From: Watersipora subatra | Taxonomy: Eukaryota | DNA length: 64,000 bases | Direction of reading: 5' to 3' | NCBI RefSeq assembly: GCF_963576615.1 | Contig: NC_088716.1 | Span: forward strand, 43,623,910-43,687,909 | Shown: positions 1 to 12,270 of the stretch, piece by piece | Numbering within the stretch: position 1 is the first letter of the stretch | Layout of the letters: each line of letters begins with the position of its first letter | Program-made: the position numbers and the translations under genes | The notes under the pieces: model-generated | Told to the model about the DNA's origin: nothing | The model's input: only the letters and a program-made list of their open reading frames with translations | Databases searched by the model: none

Positions 1-455
1 CTGAGTTGAGATTGCCACAAGGATGCTATTGAATAGCATACTTTAAATCTGCATATTTATAAGTTATACAACAATAATCTCTCAAATGATAAAAATATAT
101 ATTCATGAACAAGTGACATAAACGAACCATACTTATATTACATGCAGAAACAAAGATTAATGTTTTTAAAACAAAAATATTTCCATCGTTTGCTCAGATA
201 GCTACATTCTGATTGTTGCTTCCGATGGAACGAACATCTTTTAGTTGTCCAATATCTTCTGGCCCCACCTCTTCTTCTGCACTGCTGAACTAGTCGATAT
301 TAGCACCGAAACATTTTTTTGCCAGAGCAAACCTTTTACTAATTGCATTTAGCGCAAATGCAACGGGTGAAAGTTTGCTCGCTAAACATAACCTTTGACC
401 CATAACTTGCAAATAGTTTTTATATGCGTTTTCTTCGAAGTATTAAGGTCGCGTT

Positions 456-638
456 AAACAAGGAACTACTATTAGCCTGAAACAGTAATTATTTCGATGG
501 TGTGGCTTTCAAAGTTCATCTACCAAGGTGAATTTAAACTGTTTGTTATATATGTTCATGTACTTCGACAAACTTAAACAAGAAACTACTATTAGACAGA
601 CCGTTGTGGATTATTTCCATGGTGTTGCTTTCAAAGTT
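456..638. repeat. Two direct copies of a ~60-bp motif (456-515 and 576-638) spaced 120 bp apart
   Basis: Direct reading: aaacaaggaactactattag...ggtgtggctttcaaagtt recurs as aaacaagaaactactattag...ggtgttgctttcaaagtt. Confidence 0.5.
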
Positions 639-852
639 TTAATGAAAAATAGTCAAAAGCTTTGGAGTTGGATAACTAGAGAGTCAATTGTTAATAATGT
701 AAACAATTCATTATTCATACAATTTGGTGGACACTTTTCCACTGATCACTTGATAATATTGGTTGATAAAGATCAAAGACCTTCAAAGTGGCAGTCAAGT
801 GGAGGTGGCATTTAAATAGAGGGTGATGCTCTATTTTTCAATCCTTCCCTCG

Positions 853-932
853 TAGTGGCGGTCAAATAGAGGTGGCACTCAAATAAGGTGGCGTTCAAAT
901 AAAGGTGGCGTTCAAATAGAGGTGGCGTTCCA
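853..932. repeat. Approximately 17-bp tandem repeat (GGTGGCGTTCAAATAGA), about 5 copies
   Basis: Visible reiteration of gtggcg(g/t)tcaaata(g/a)a units. Confidence 0.7.
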
Positions 933-3864
933 TTAAGGGTTTTACGGTAACTAATTATCCTCTTTAATGATTTTTTTAATTTTATGTTATTATTTTTTGT
1001 TATAAGTTGTTGTTATGTCTAATGATACAGTCAAGCCTCTATTTAGTACCTTAAACTTTTACTCAAACGAGATTTCCAAGTTATAAAACGTCTTTTTGTA
1101 CAAACATTGTTTCAAGTTACAAAAAATATTTCTCGATACGAAATGCTAAAAGGCCTTTTGTATATTGGCCCATTCGTTCAAAAAGCAAAGAAAAAATGGA
1201 AAAGCAAAAAAAGTAGATTTTTGTTTTAGTGTGTGTGTTAATTTTGAATTTACTGTTTGATCATCTTTGCACATTGCATTTTCTTTCAGCTGTCAATCAT
1301 TGGCTGCCTCTTCCCACTGTTGTATAATTAAGAGTTATCTTTTATCACATACAGAGTAGGATAACTTTAGTTTTTAGCAATTCAAGTTGTCTTTTTCTGT
1401 TCTATGACATAGGCCTACAGTGCTTCGGTTTGTGCTGGTGTAAATAAATGTTCCTACTTGTGTTCCTGAAGCACTCATTATCTGCAAAACGAAACAATAC
1501 AACACCCATTTTCTTTGACCGCCGTCCTCCCACTCCCCATAGTCTTTGCTTAGCCAACACCAAAGCTGAATAAACAAACATACTAGGGTCTTTATTTGTT
1601 ATTTCTCTCTTCTTTCTTCATTTTGTGTATGCTCTTTCTATTTATTATGTAGTAATATAATTCTAACATGTTTTTGTTACAGGTTTAAATCTGTTACATG
1701 TATTCATAATTATTATTATAATTATACAAACATTTTGTCCGAGTTTTGGGGGATTTGAGCAGATTAGGTTAGGGCACTTGTGGGATAAAATGCGTTTCTA
1801 CATATAAAATTGCTATGAAATGTTTTCCTTCATTAATTAATTTCCTAAATAGAAGTTCCACTGTTTTCTTAAATTTTATGAATTATTAGACTTATTATTT
1901 TATTCAAGTCTCTGAGTGAAATAAAATGAAATACTATAATCATTGTGATAGCAATAAAACGAGGAGTACCTCCTAGAGGAAGTCACTCATAAATACTGTT
2001 AAATATTTATACCAATAAGTCAGCTAAAAGTCAGGCACAGTTTCTTTTATACCACTTTGTTTTTTCCTGGGCAAGGCATTGCCTATGATTCGAGCAATAG
2101 AATGGCTGCTACACTGAAATCACATGCATATGATGTGTGCATGGTATAATAGTCTTTGCTTGGCAGCCAAGATACTTGGGGCAGGAGTTAGTGGTAGGCA
2201 TTTGGCTCAAGATCCCAAGGCTCAAACTATTCAGCGTCACTCTACATGCCCCTTTAGCAAAGCCTTGACTTATTCGTGTACGACTTCACTAGCAATTATA
2301 TATGTGAGTCAGTGGATGACTTCTTACTCACTTTTGATGTTGTTGTATTTCGGTATGTCAGGTTTCTACTATTATAGTATTTGTGGATCAGACAGCAGAC
2401 ATTCACAAATCAGCAGACTTAAAAAAATGACTCCGACTAGCCAAAATGTCTTCTGTACAGAATACATGTCAGACTAGTCAACAAACTGTTTCTAGTGGTG
2501 TTCACAACTACGACTCAATTCGGAGTTGTCTTTTTTCAGTGTGTTGATTGGTCTTTTACCCTCTCTTCTCACAGTACAACCCACGCTCCTCGAGGGAGTC
2601 AAGACCTTGATTAGCTGTCTTGGCTAATGTCCTCTCTAATACCCTGGCTAATGTATCTCTCACTCACACTTCACATATCTATATGTCGGTATGTTTCAAC
2701 ATTCTTACACGTTCATCTATTATGTCAGATGTTGTCGCTGCCTACAACTATGCCATGGTGGTGGCATGCAGAGCGGATTATTTAGGGTACAGCTAACGAA
2801 AGGCACCAGGATTTAGTCAAATAAAGGTTCATCCTTTTTGGTCATTTGAGCTATTTGTGCATTATGACTTTAGTCCTTTATTGATGAAGAACTATATGGT
2901 AAGTCAATGGCATAGAATGCCTAGGCCTATCTAGTCATATCTACAATGACTGTGCACTTACTAGTGTAGTCATTGGTCAGTTTATGTCATTCAATAATCC
3001 ATCACTACTGTAGTAAAGATGAGCTATTCTTACGCAGGTGTTTACATTGAGCCTTAGGTGAAGTGTTTTCTTTTACAGAAGTGCATTGAGTGATACTACT
3101 AACAGTCATGTCTGTTTCAACAGCTTCGTTTTGCATCGAGTTACTCAGGAGCTAGGCGCTTATGAATCTAGCTTTACACTTCAGTATAGAATCGCACAAC
3201 TAGTGACTCTATCAAGCGTATTGATGGAGGAAGTGTGGCTGCTAATAAAATGAGGCATAGCAAAAAAATATTGAGAGAGTCACACCACATTACTGTTAAG
3301 GCGAAGTTTTGTACACCAAGTATACTTTAAACAAACAATTTGAGAATAAAGAAACCAGATGTGGCGAATGGCGTTGTTATCGTAAGAGATCATGGTCTTG
3401 AGATGATAAACAAGTTATTTATTAACTACATTACAAAACATTTGCCCTTTTAATGTCCTCATGTATGAAGTTCATGTATGTGATGTGGTAAAATTATTGT
3501 GAACTATTCAACATTTGTATCACAGTTGAATTGATTGGATTGAAGTGTCAAAGATGTAATAGCCTTTGGCATATCAGTTCTCGCAACCTGAATGTGCCAG
3601 CTCAGTTCCCTTCAAACCGTTTGAAGTTAGTGTGCATGGGCACGCATGATAACTCCGACAGGAGTCAGTTCTGGTCTTGCATTTAATTTTTAACAAATGT
3701 GTACAATTGCCATATATTTGTTCATAGCCTGTTTGCATATCTTTGAATGAGATTCTTTGTAGCTTTATTTGTATGACTAGGGGAGTTTTACTTTTTGTTA
3801 TTACATCATGTGCTCATTTATGTGTTCTTGTGGTTTTTAATTTTTTAAGACGAGTTGGAATCAC

Positions 3865-3907
3865 ATTTCTTACACTAAGTAGTAATAAACTACTTAGTGT
3901 AAGAAAT
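3865..3907. other. Perfect 18-bp-stem hairpin (atttcttacactaagtag / ctacttagtgtaagaaat) with a 7-nt loop taataaa
   Basis: Exact reverse-complement arms read directly. The loop contains an AATAAA hexamer. Confidence 0.6.
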
Positions 3908-4941
3908 ACTGCTCTAATACTGCTAAAACTAGTGATGTCGCTCAGTTTTTTATTGGAAACGATAAACTATGCATAAAATAATGGCAAAAACATCGATGAT
4001 AGCTTCAGTAAATCTAAATGAAGATATATAAATGATAGATCCACCTGAGTCAAGTAAATGCCTTACGGCATCCTGTTGGTTCAGCAGTTGAAAATTGCTA
4101 TACAAATCTAGATATTCACCCTCAGTGTTAGGCATATTCTAACCCTTACTGAGTGTAACTAAAGTCATGATTAGAGCTGTTACTAAATTGGTGTTCCCAC
4201 TTCATGGTTTTCAAATATACCTTGTTCACAGGCTTTCCATATGTGTAAACTTGTCACATTCTGGGTGAGCAAAACGAAATTTGGCACAATGGCTGTAGCT
4301 TTGTTGGTATTTTTATCAGTTTTATGTGCCTTCCATGATTGTTTGGTAAATTCAAAAAACGGACAATGCCAGCTGTGAAGCAGAAACACAAGCATGATGA
4401 TATGCCAACCATTTATATGTCTTGAAACAAATCTAGGTAAGTCTGCAACCACTGTCTTTAGGGATAGCTCCAAAAAAGTCCATGCATTGATTATGGGTTG
4501 AACAGCCTTAGATGGAACCACTTTGATGAACCTGTCATTATCGTCATTCATCAGCATTTGCAAATCCTTGTAAAAAGGTTCTCAGTGCACCTGTCACACC
4601 TGAGCAAGCTCGGTACTATCGAGTGTTCGTGAATAGCAGTAAGGTAGTGGCTCAAAAAATCTGCCGGCGCTTATTTTTTTGACCAACATTTAGCAGGATT
4701 AATGTTTTGCTGAAACCATCAGTGAGTTCATGGACATTAAAAGCGAAAGGTTTCAACTTGCCATCTCTGTCCAAGTGCAATATATGATTTGGTCTCATAA
4801 CTTGATTGATACACACAACGTATCAAGCAACCTTTTCGAATGTTATCCGCACTTTGTGGTTGCAGGATATGGATCGCATCTCTAACCGTTGCCTAAATGA
4901 GAAACAAAGTTAGGAGAAATAAAATATTGAAATTTATGTAC

Positions 4942-5789
4942 CCAGGGGTGGATCTAGAAAAAAAAGTGTGTGGTGCAAAATTTGTGTAATATCTCTGGAG
5001 TGGGAGGGGGTGCGCGGGGCGACCCCTTTACCTGGCCCCCGCGCTAGCAGAACTTTTTGAAATTTAGGCATCTTAGAATGAAGGAGAGGTGTGTTTGAGC
5101 CCAAAAGAGTCTAATCATTTATTTGCAGCAAACAACAAGTTTAGAGGTAAAAATTGACATTAGACATGATCAATTAAATTGGTGTTTTATAATGTTCCTT
5201 AAGCTATTTATATCAAGATTACATGTAAACAGAAAGTTGACAAACATTTGTGCAGTAAAATAAAATCAAGACAAAATCAATCACAAAACCTCAACAGCCA
5301 TTTGGTTTGGCTGTGCAGAAATTAGCCATAATTTCTGTAAACTACCATAAAAAATGTTTCGTAGTATTAGCTACATAATGATGCTATTATAAAACAGATA
5401 TATTAGGGCCTACTTTTTTGATTTGTTGTTTTGTCGTCGAAAAAAATGATCCAGAGTTCGTTCTTGACCTTTCTTTTGAGACATTTTGCTTTTAAAATTG
5501 CTTGTAGTACTTCTTTCGAAAAATTGTGGCTCAATTGGGGATGTTTATTGGGACCACTCTCATTTGTTTATAAGCTAAACAAATTTAGGTCAATGTAATT
5601 GAAACTGGTTCGTTATAACGAGCTCTACTAGGCCGTTTTTGTTCCTTTCCTCCCAAAGCAAGTTCTTAGTGAAATGAATTATAATTTACTCAATTCTTGA
5701 TGGATTTTAAATTTTTTTTTTTAATTTTTGCCATATTTATAGTGGTGCATTAATTTTGCACCATATGCACCACAGTAGATCCGTCCCTG
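4942..5789. mobile_element. Non-autonomous TIR element, copy 1 (~848 bp), terminal inverted repeats CCAGGGG(T/C)GGATCTA
   Basis: The left end cccaggggtggatctag is the reverse complement of the right end ctagatccgtccctg. A second copy about 90 percent identical lies at 22395-23235. The element is AT-rich internally and has no long ORF. Confidence 0.7.
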
Positions 5790-6169
5790 TGAAATTCACT
5801 TACTATTCCAAACTGTAAATTCAAGTCTGTAGAAAGAAGAAACATCAAACTACCTGCAACATTTCACTTTTCCCAAGTACTCAGGAATGAGATGTGCAGT
5901 TTCGCACTTGAGCTAAGCCAATCAAATAGCATTCACGAAAAGGATTTCCCAGGGTTTTCCATGGCGTTACGGGGTTTTTTACTGAGTGAGATAGTGATCA
6001 GAAAACAACCAAAAACGTCATTATTTTTTAATAAATACCTATCCAGCTATTCACAATTGACTTATTTAATCATTAAATATTTAAAAAGAGCAAAATATAC
6101 TAATATAAATAGAGATCATACAAATGTCTGTTAAAAAGTCTGTTAGCCATATTTGATGCGTAAAAATAC

Positions 6170-6570
6170 CTCAATTTTTACGGTTAATTATAAGATATCA
6201 CTGTTAAAAGTGACAGCATTACAATGACGATAAAACAGACGCGTAAGAACAGACAACATCTTTAATCATGTCTATACAGGGTTTTGAGTGCGTGAAGTAT
6301 ATTTGTGAAAATATTTCGACGAATAAGGTTGCACGAAAGTGTAAACAGAAACCGTCTACCACAGCTGCGTCACAGTTGAGCCATTTTGGAAAGAGAATCC
6401 AAACTATGGTGATCTTGTGTGGCTGCGATTAACTGTTCGTTTTTGAGCTTTTAAGAGCTTGTAATCACATTTCCACATATTTTGCACTTACAAAACAACG
6501 GAGTAAGACATGGTGAATCTTTTCATATCAAATAACTGTGTTGTGAATTTTGTTGCAAGTCAATCTTTAA
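6170..6570 (+). repeat. Dispersed ~390-bp repeat, copy 1
   Basis: Near-identical to 16630-17017, with a shared string tacggt(t/a)a(a/g)ttata...gtgacagcattac...gttgcaagtcaa. Confidence 0.7.
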
Positions 6571-7139
6571 CACCGCTTACAATGGATACACATTCCTAAC
6601 TCTTTTTCTATTGCACATTACAAGCTATAGTTTTGGCAACAAGCTTTAGCAAACATATCAATGAGTGCAATGATATTTTATTTAACACTGTTAAATATAG
6701 ATATAAATAAAAACATGCTTTCAAGTTTAGAATGAGTTGCAGAAAATGCAACAGTACATTTTTAGCATTTGTGTTATAACATCATTTAGGCGCATTATCT
6801 AACTTTTTCAAGTTTTCTTCTTTACATTGATAAAATTGTAAAGTTACACTGTTTTTAGGAATTCACAACTTTAACTATTACGTAAAAAATGCCATGAATT
6901 TGTTATTAATTGCATGCAGGTATATCTTAGACCTGAGGCTAAATTGTGCCAAGGGTATCAGCAGACATCGTAACGAATCTCTCATTAGTGAGTGAGGAAG
7001 GAGTTTGGTATTGTGAGGTGATGACTAGGAACTGAAGAACTATTATCTTTAAAACTGTGTTACCAAATGAGTTATTATCGCTAGGGTTATATCAGGTACT
7101 ATATAACTACTACTAATATACTACTTAGTACTCTCCCTT

Positions 7140-7390
7140 ACATCACCAAAGATCTCTCTTATGATACTGTGGTGACCGATCGCCGAGACCAGAGCCGGGT
7201 CAAAAAGAGAAGCCGACCCTGAAGCAACCGACGCCATGACAGGGCCATGCCTCGACTCGGCAGACAACACGGCTCCCGGTAGCACTTTCGGGCAGCCAAA
7301 GGTCAGCTGCCGAATCGATCTTGCTGCTGAGGGCGGAGCTAAGCAGTCATAAAGAGCTGTAAGAGACTCCGCAGGGGTGACCAACAGCAG
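7140..7390 (-). repeat. GC-rich dispersed repeat, inverted relative to a related copy at 57720-57960
   Basis: Roughly 70 percent nucleotide identity to the 57.7-kb copy. The two overlapping spurious ORFs share the peptide motif ASVAS...IGHH. GC content is atypical for the flanking sequence. Confidence 0.5.
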
Positions 7391-7671
7391 GACGCCTGGA
7401 AGTCTTTCATTGTGCAGTTTACTGGATGTTCATTGCGTCTTGAACCGTACTCTTATATATATAATAGTTGTGCTACCCAGCGTTGCCAGGGTATTAAAAA
7501 TCAGCTTATAAACATTGAGAAGTAATCAGAGTTGCCTGCCACTTGCTATTAGCCAGGCAGACTGCCAATGGAAAATTTGAGTAAGCTAACTAATGACAAT
7601 CACTTACTTATGCAACGACAGTGTGTACCCAACCTGCAAAGCCGTTGGGTATGTGCTCTCAAGCTATCAAC

Positions 7672-7745
7672 TGATTCTCTGTGGCCTAGTGGGTAGGGCG
7701 TCGGACTGGCGAACGGTAGGGTATGAAATCAAATCTTCGGTATGA
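7672..7745 (+). repeat. tRNA-related SINE-like segment
   Basis: ggcctagtgggtagggcgtcggactg...gaaatcaaatc resembles tRNA D-arm and T-arm sequence and is similar to 49700-49790. It is not foldable into an intact tRNA by eye. Confidence 0.3.
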
Positions 7746-7789
7746 ATTCATTATTCCAAGAATTTAATAGCTATAGCTGGAATGCATAC

Positions 7790-7960
7790 ATACACGCATA
7801 CCTTGAGAAGTATATATATTTATATATACTATCCATGTTATAGTATATATATAGTTTATATCTACCATATACTATAGATATATATATATATATTTATAGT
7901 ATATATATATATATATGTATATATATATCTATAGTATATATATATATAGAAGATTTACTG
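7790..7960. repeat. TA-rich microsatellite, (TA)n with interspersed tatag
   Basis: Direct reading. Confidence 0.8.
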
Positions 7961-8089
7961 TGAAATATATATTCTATGTCTTGCATTTGAGTGGTTTGTT
8001 TTGTTGTGGGGCAAGTAGAGGAACTTGATTGGTTCTTTTACAGTATGCTGAAGATTATTCTTATACTTCAGAATGCATTTTTGTGAGTT

Positions 8090-8150
8090 AACTTGGTGGT
8101 GTTGGCCTCACAGTCTGAAGGTCATGGGTTCGAAACCAGAGCGAGGCATC
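8090..8150 (+). repeat. tRNA-like fragment (gggttcgaaacc T-loop-like motif), probable SINE remnant
   Basis: ggtcatgggttcgaaaccagagcgagg resembles a tRNA 3' half. No complete cloverleaf is evident. Confidence 0.25.
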
Positions 8151-9029
8151 ATTTTATGAAGCACTTTATTTCAGAGTGACAGTTTCAAGATTACAAGATC
8201 AGAGTCTATATAGTAATAGAAGCAAATACCAGTAGATAGATTTAATGTTTATATAATGTAATATAATATAATTTTTATATGCTACGATAACAGAACACTC
8301 GCCGTGTATCAAACACATTTAGTATATACTAGAGCAGTTTTATGGTATTTGTTGTAAGTAATCAATGGAAAACCGAAAGCATCTAAGAATGTGGCATTTG
8401 AAGGATAAATCTATGTTCAAGGATAAAAGTGAAGCTATATGGAATCTATTTGGAAAAAGAATTATCAAGGTTGGTGGGTTGTATCCCGACCTTGACATAG
8501 CTTAGAGAACTCGACCATTTTCATGGAATTAGCTAAATAATAAATAGTTATTTCTAATAGTAATAAATATATAATAAATAGATATTTCTCATCATGTATC
8601 AAATATTTACATCTAGCTGTCTCCGCTAATATTTTTTGGTTTTTAACAAGTATTTGGCAGCGTTAGTAACAGAACGCTAACTGACAGCAGTCATGCATCT
8701 GACTGCTGTTATTATAGCGCATGAGATGTGCTGATATGTAGAAAGAAACCAGCTCTGAAATTGATGAAGAAGCTTGCAAAACACTTTAAATATTTTTGGC
8801 AGTAAAAAAGTTAATGAAGGAAGTTATTATACCTTTCATTTGCATTGCTCTATTTTTAGATATGAAATAAAGTATGGAAAGAGTATGCTTCTCTATTGTC
8901 AAACGACCTTATTGATAAGACAACTATAACAAAACTTAACACACGATTGGTACAATAGGTTCAATTCAACTAGTGTATATAGTTTATTTACAAACAAACA
9001 AAAATAACATATATGTACAACAATACTTT

Positions 9030-10703
9030 CTAACGAACATTCGGTTTAAAACAACCGAAGAACAATTTTTTGAGTCGACCACCATTTTGTGGTGGGAAAA
9101 CCTCAATATTGCCAATGTCCATGTCCAATGTAACATATTTGGTTTGAGGAGGATTAGCTTCCTGGCTACAGGAAGGCAAGATGCTGCTACCGTCAATAAC
9201 TGTCACGCGAGCTTCTAGGTCAAGGCTTGAGTTGTCTTGTTCTAATGTAACATATTTGGTTTGAGGGTGATCAGCTTCCTGGCTACAGGAAGGCAAGGTG
9301 TTGCTATCGTCAATAACTGTCACGCGAGCTTCGAGGTCAAGGCTTGAGTTGTCTTGTTCCAATGTAACATATTTGGTTTGAGGGTGATCAGCTTCCTGGC
9401 TACAGGAAGGCAAGATGCTGCTATCGTCAATAACTGTCACGCGAGCTTCTAGGTCAAGGCTTGAGTTGTCTTGTTCTAATGTAACATATTTGGTTTGAGG
9501 GTGATCAGCTTCCTGGCTACAGGAAGGCAAGATGCTGCTATCGTCAATAACTGTCACGCAAGCTTCGAGGTCAAGGCTTGAGTTGTCTTGTTCCAATGTA
9601 ACATATTTGGTTTGAGGGTGATCAGCTTCCTGGCTACAAGAAGGCAAGATGTTGCTATCGTCAATAACTGTCACGCTAGCTTCTAGGTCAAGGCTTGAGT
9701 TGTCTTGTTTGAATGTATCATATTTGGTTTGAGGGAGATCAGCTTCCTGGCTACAAGAAGGCAAGTTGTTGCTATCATCAATAACTGTCACGCGAGCTTC
9801 TAGGTCAAGACTTGAGTTGTCTTGTTCCAATGTAACATATTTGGTTTGAGGGTGATCAGCTTCCTGGCTACAAGAAGGCAAGATGTTGCTATCGTCAATA
9901 ACTGTCACGCGAGCTTCTAGGTCAAGGCTTGAGTTGTCTTGTTTGAATGTAACATATTTGGTTTGAGGGTGATCAGCTTCCTGGCTACAAGAAGGCAAGT
10001 TGTTGCTATCGTCAATAACTGTCACTCGAGCTTCTAGGTCAAGGCTTGAGTTGTCTTGTTCCAATGTAACATATTTGGTTTGAGGGTGATCAGCTTCCTG
10101 GCTACAAGAAGGCAAGTTGTTGCTATCGTCAATAACTGTCACTCGAGCTTCTAGGTCAAGGCTTGAGTTGTCTTGTTCCAATGTAACATATTTGGTTTGA
10201 GGGTGATCAGCTTCCTGGCTACAAGAAGACAAGATGTTGCTATCGTCAATAGCTGTCACGCGAGCTTCGAGGTCAAGGCTTGAGTTGTCTTGTTCCAATG
10301 TAACATTTTTGGTTTGAGGGTGATCAGCTTCCTGGCTACAAGAAGACAAGATGTTGCTATCGTCAATAACTGTCACGCGAGCTTCGAGGTCAAGGCTTGA
10401 GTTGTCTTGTTCTAATGTAACATTTTTGGTTTGAGGGTGATCAGCTTCCTGGCTACAAGAAGGCAAGATGTTGCTATCGTCAATAACTGTCACGCGAGCT
10501 TTGAGGTCAAGGCTTGAGTTGTCTTGTTGTGATTGTTCAATCTTTTCCAACTTCATCTGAGGCCTGAATTTTATTGCAAAGCCTTTCCATTTACCCTGAC
10601 CTTTCTTTTTGATAAGGTATTTCTTTTTTCTTTGCTGTTTGGGTTTACTTCTTGGACCTGTAGAAGCTTTAACTTTCGTACCAGGGATGTTAAAGAATCT
10701 GTA
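9030..10703 (-). CDS. Terminal coding exon of a repeat-containing protein: lysine-rich segment followed by ~13 tandem 39-aa repeats, stop at 9030
   Basis: On the minus strand the reading frame stays open from a splice-acceptor-like ttatatttacag (plus ~10704-10715) through ...NIPGTKVKASTGPRSKPKQQRKKKYLIKKKGQGKWKGFAIKFRPQ MKLEKIEQ... and the 508-aa repeat ORF. An AATAAA lies downstream of the stop on the minus strand at plus ~8975-8985. Confidence 0.55.
   Translation of the reverse strand, partial: YRFFNIPGTKVKASTGPRSKPKQQRKKKYLIKKKGQGKWKGFAIKFRPQMKLEKIEQSQQDNSSLDLKARVTVIDDSNILPSCSQEADHPQTKNVTLEQDNSSLDLEARVTVIDDSNILSSCSQEADHPQTKNVTLEQDNSSLDLEARVTAIDDSNILSSCSQEADHPQTKYVTLEQDNSSLDLEARVTVIDDSNNLPSCSQEADHPQTKYVTLEQDNSSLDLEARVTVIDDSNNLPSCSQEADHPQTKYVTFKQDNSSLDLEARVTVIDDSNILPSCSQEADHPQTKYVTLEQDNSSLDLEARVTVIDDSNNLPSCSQEADLPQTKYDTFKQDNSSLDLEASVTVIDDSNILPSCSQEADHPQTKYVTLEQDNSSLDLEACVTVIDDSSILPSCSQEADHPQTKYVTLEQDNSSLDLEARVTVIDDSSILPSCSQEADHPQTKYVTLEQDNSSLDLEARVTVIDDSNTLPSCSQEADHPQTKYVTLEQDNSSLDLEARVTVIDGSSILPSCSQEANPPQTKYVTLDMDIGNIEVFPPQNGGRLKKLFFGCFKPNVR
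9100..10535. repeat. 117-bp tandem repeat array, about 12-13 units, more than 90 percent identical
   Basis: Direct reading: the unit ...aatgtaacatatttggtttgagggtgatcagcttcctggctaca(g/a)gaaggcaag...caaggcttgagttgtcttgttc... recurs every 117 bp. 117 = 39 codons. Confidence 0.9.
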
Positions 10704-11539
10704 AATATAATGGTGGAGTAATTAATGATTGTCTGTCAATCAGCACAAACTAGTTATGGTACATTTTACTTTAGATGAGAAGAACAGACTCTATCACTAC
10801 TGCTGTCATCATTAATAGGCATAGTATTAAATGCAGCCCTGAATTATGATAGAGAAGATATGGTAAGATTACACTGCTCTGACAATGCTGGAGTTGTACT
10901 TCTCACATCACACGCATTATCATTAGTGTTATCAACCAGATGAGATAACTTTAGGTGAAGCTGTTGTGTTGTGCACAAAGAGAAACTAGCTGCTCTGAAT
11001 AAGTTTAATTATATCCGATCATACACAAGCTTGTGTTCTTACAAAAGTAAACTATTTACTATAATACAGTTAAGTGTATTCATGCGCAGGGTACAGGTAC
11101 AAATTGTAGTATTTTAATTGTTAATTGTATTTTTAATAGATATTAGCTGACTTACAGTATCTTCTCAATCAGTGGGACGATGATAATAGCTATCGTAAGA
11201 GCTACACCATTTCTCTCTATATAATCTCGAACTATCGGTATGATCACTTGAATCAGCATGTGATCACATGACATAATCACAAAGCAAACGAGAAGAGCCT
11301 GAATAAACATGTTTCCTATTACAAGTTTGTTCAGCAAGTAAAATCTGATTGTTTACGTAATGCTGCTTCAGGGTTTTTATTGTTAGGGTAACGATGGGTG
11401 ACTGCATTTGAATTGGTGGGAACGTTTCGAAGCAAATTACTGTAAATCAATTAGAAGGAATTAACTTTTGAAAGATTTTTTCAATGAGAACAAACACTTC
11501 CTTATAGGCTAGTATAAAAAACTCATAAAACATATGTAG

Positions 11540-12270
11540 ATTCATACATCATATAACATAGATACCATCATATAATATAGATACATACATCATATGAGAT
11601 AGATGCATACATCATATAACATGGATACCATCATATAACATATATATTTACATCAAATGACATAGATCATGCATCATATAACATAGATACATACATCATA
11701 TGAGATAGATGCATCCATCATATAACATCGATACCATCATATAACATAGATACATACATCATATGGCATAGATGCATACGTCATATAACATAGATATTTA
11801 CATCATACGACATAGATGCATACATCACATGACATAGATGCATACATCATATGACATAGATACCATCATATGACAGATACATACATCATATGACATAGAC
11901 GCATACTGTACATCATATAATATAGATGCCATCATATGACATAGATATTTACATCATATGACATAGATACATGCATCATATGACATAGATATATACATCA
12001 TACGATATACATGTAGATACATCATATGACATAGATGCATACATCATATGATATAGATACCATCATATGATATACAGTAGATGCATGCATCATATGACAT
12101 AGATACCATCATATGACATAGATATGTACATCATGACATAAATGCATACATCATATAACATAGATGCATGCATCACATGACGTAGATACATGCATCATAT
12201 GACATAGATACCGTCATATGATATAGATGAATACTTGGTATGACATAAATACCATCATACGACATACACA
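11540..12270. repeat. Satellite with 19-22-bp units (catcatatgacatagatacata variants)
   Basis: Direct reading of reiterated catcatat(a/g)acatagat(a/g)c units. Confidence 0.85.

Noticed and set aside
4183-4563. 126-aa minus-strand ORF
   Set aside because: It starts on TTG, which shows that the ORF track uses prokaryotic start rules. It has no recognisable domain and no splice context. It may be a TE remnant, but there is insufficient evidence to call it.
7672-8150. Genuine tRNA genes at 7672-7745, 8090-8150 and 49700-49790
   Set aside because: These are tRNA-like motifs (D-loop-like gggtaagg, T-loop-like ggttcgaaacc). By inspection I could not fold a complete cloverleaf with a 7-bp acceptor stem and anticodon arm. 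They are more consistent with tRNA-derived SINE heads.
10533-10721. 62-aa + strand ORF
   Set aside because: It is antisense to, and overlapping, the lysine-rich part of the minus-strand exon, which carries the splice acceptor and frame continuity. Likely spurious.
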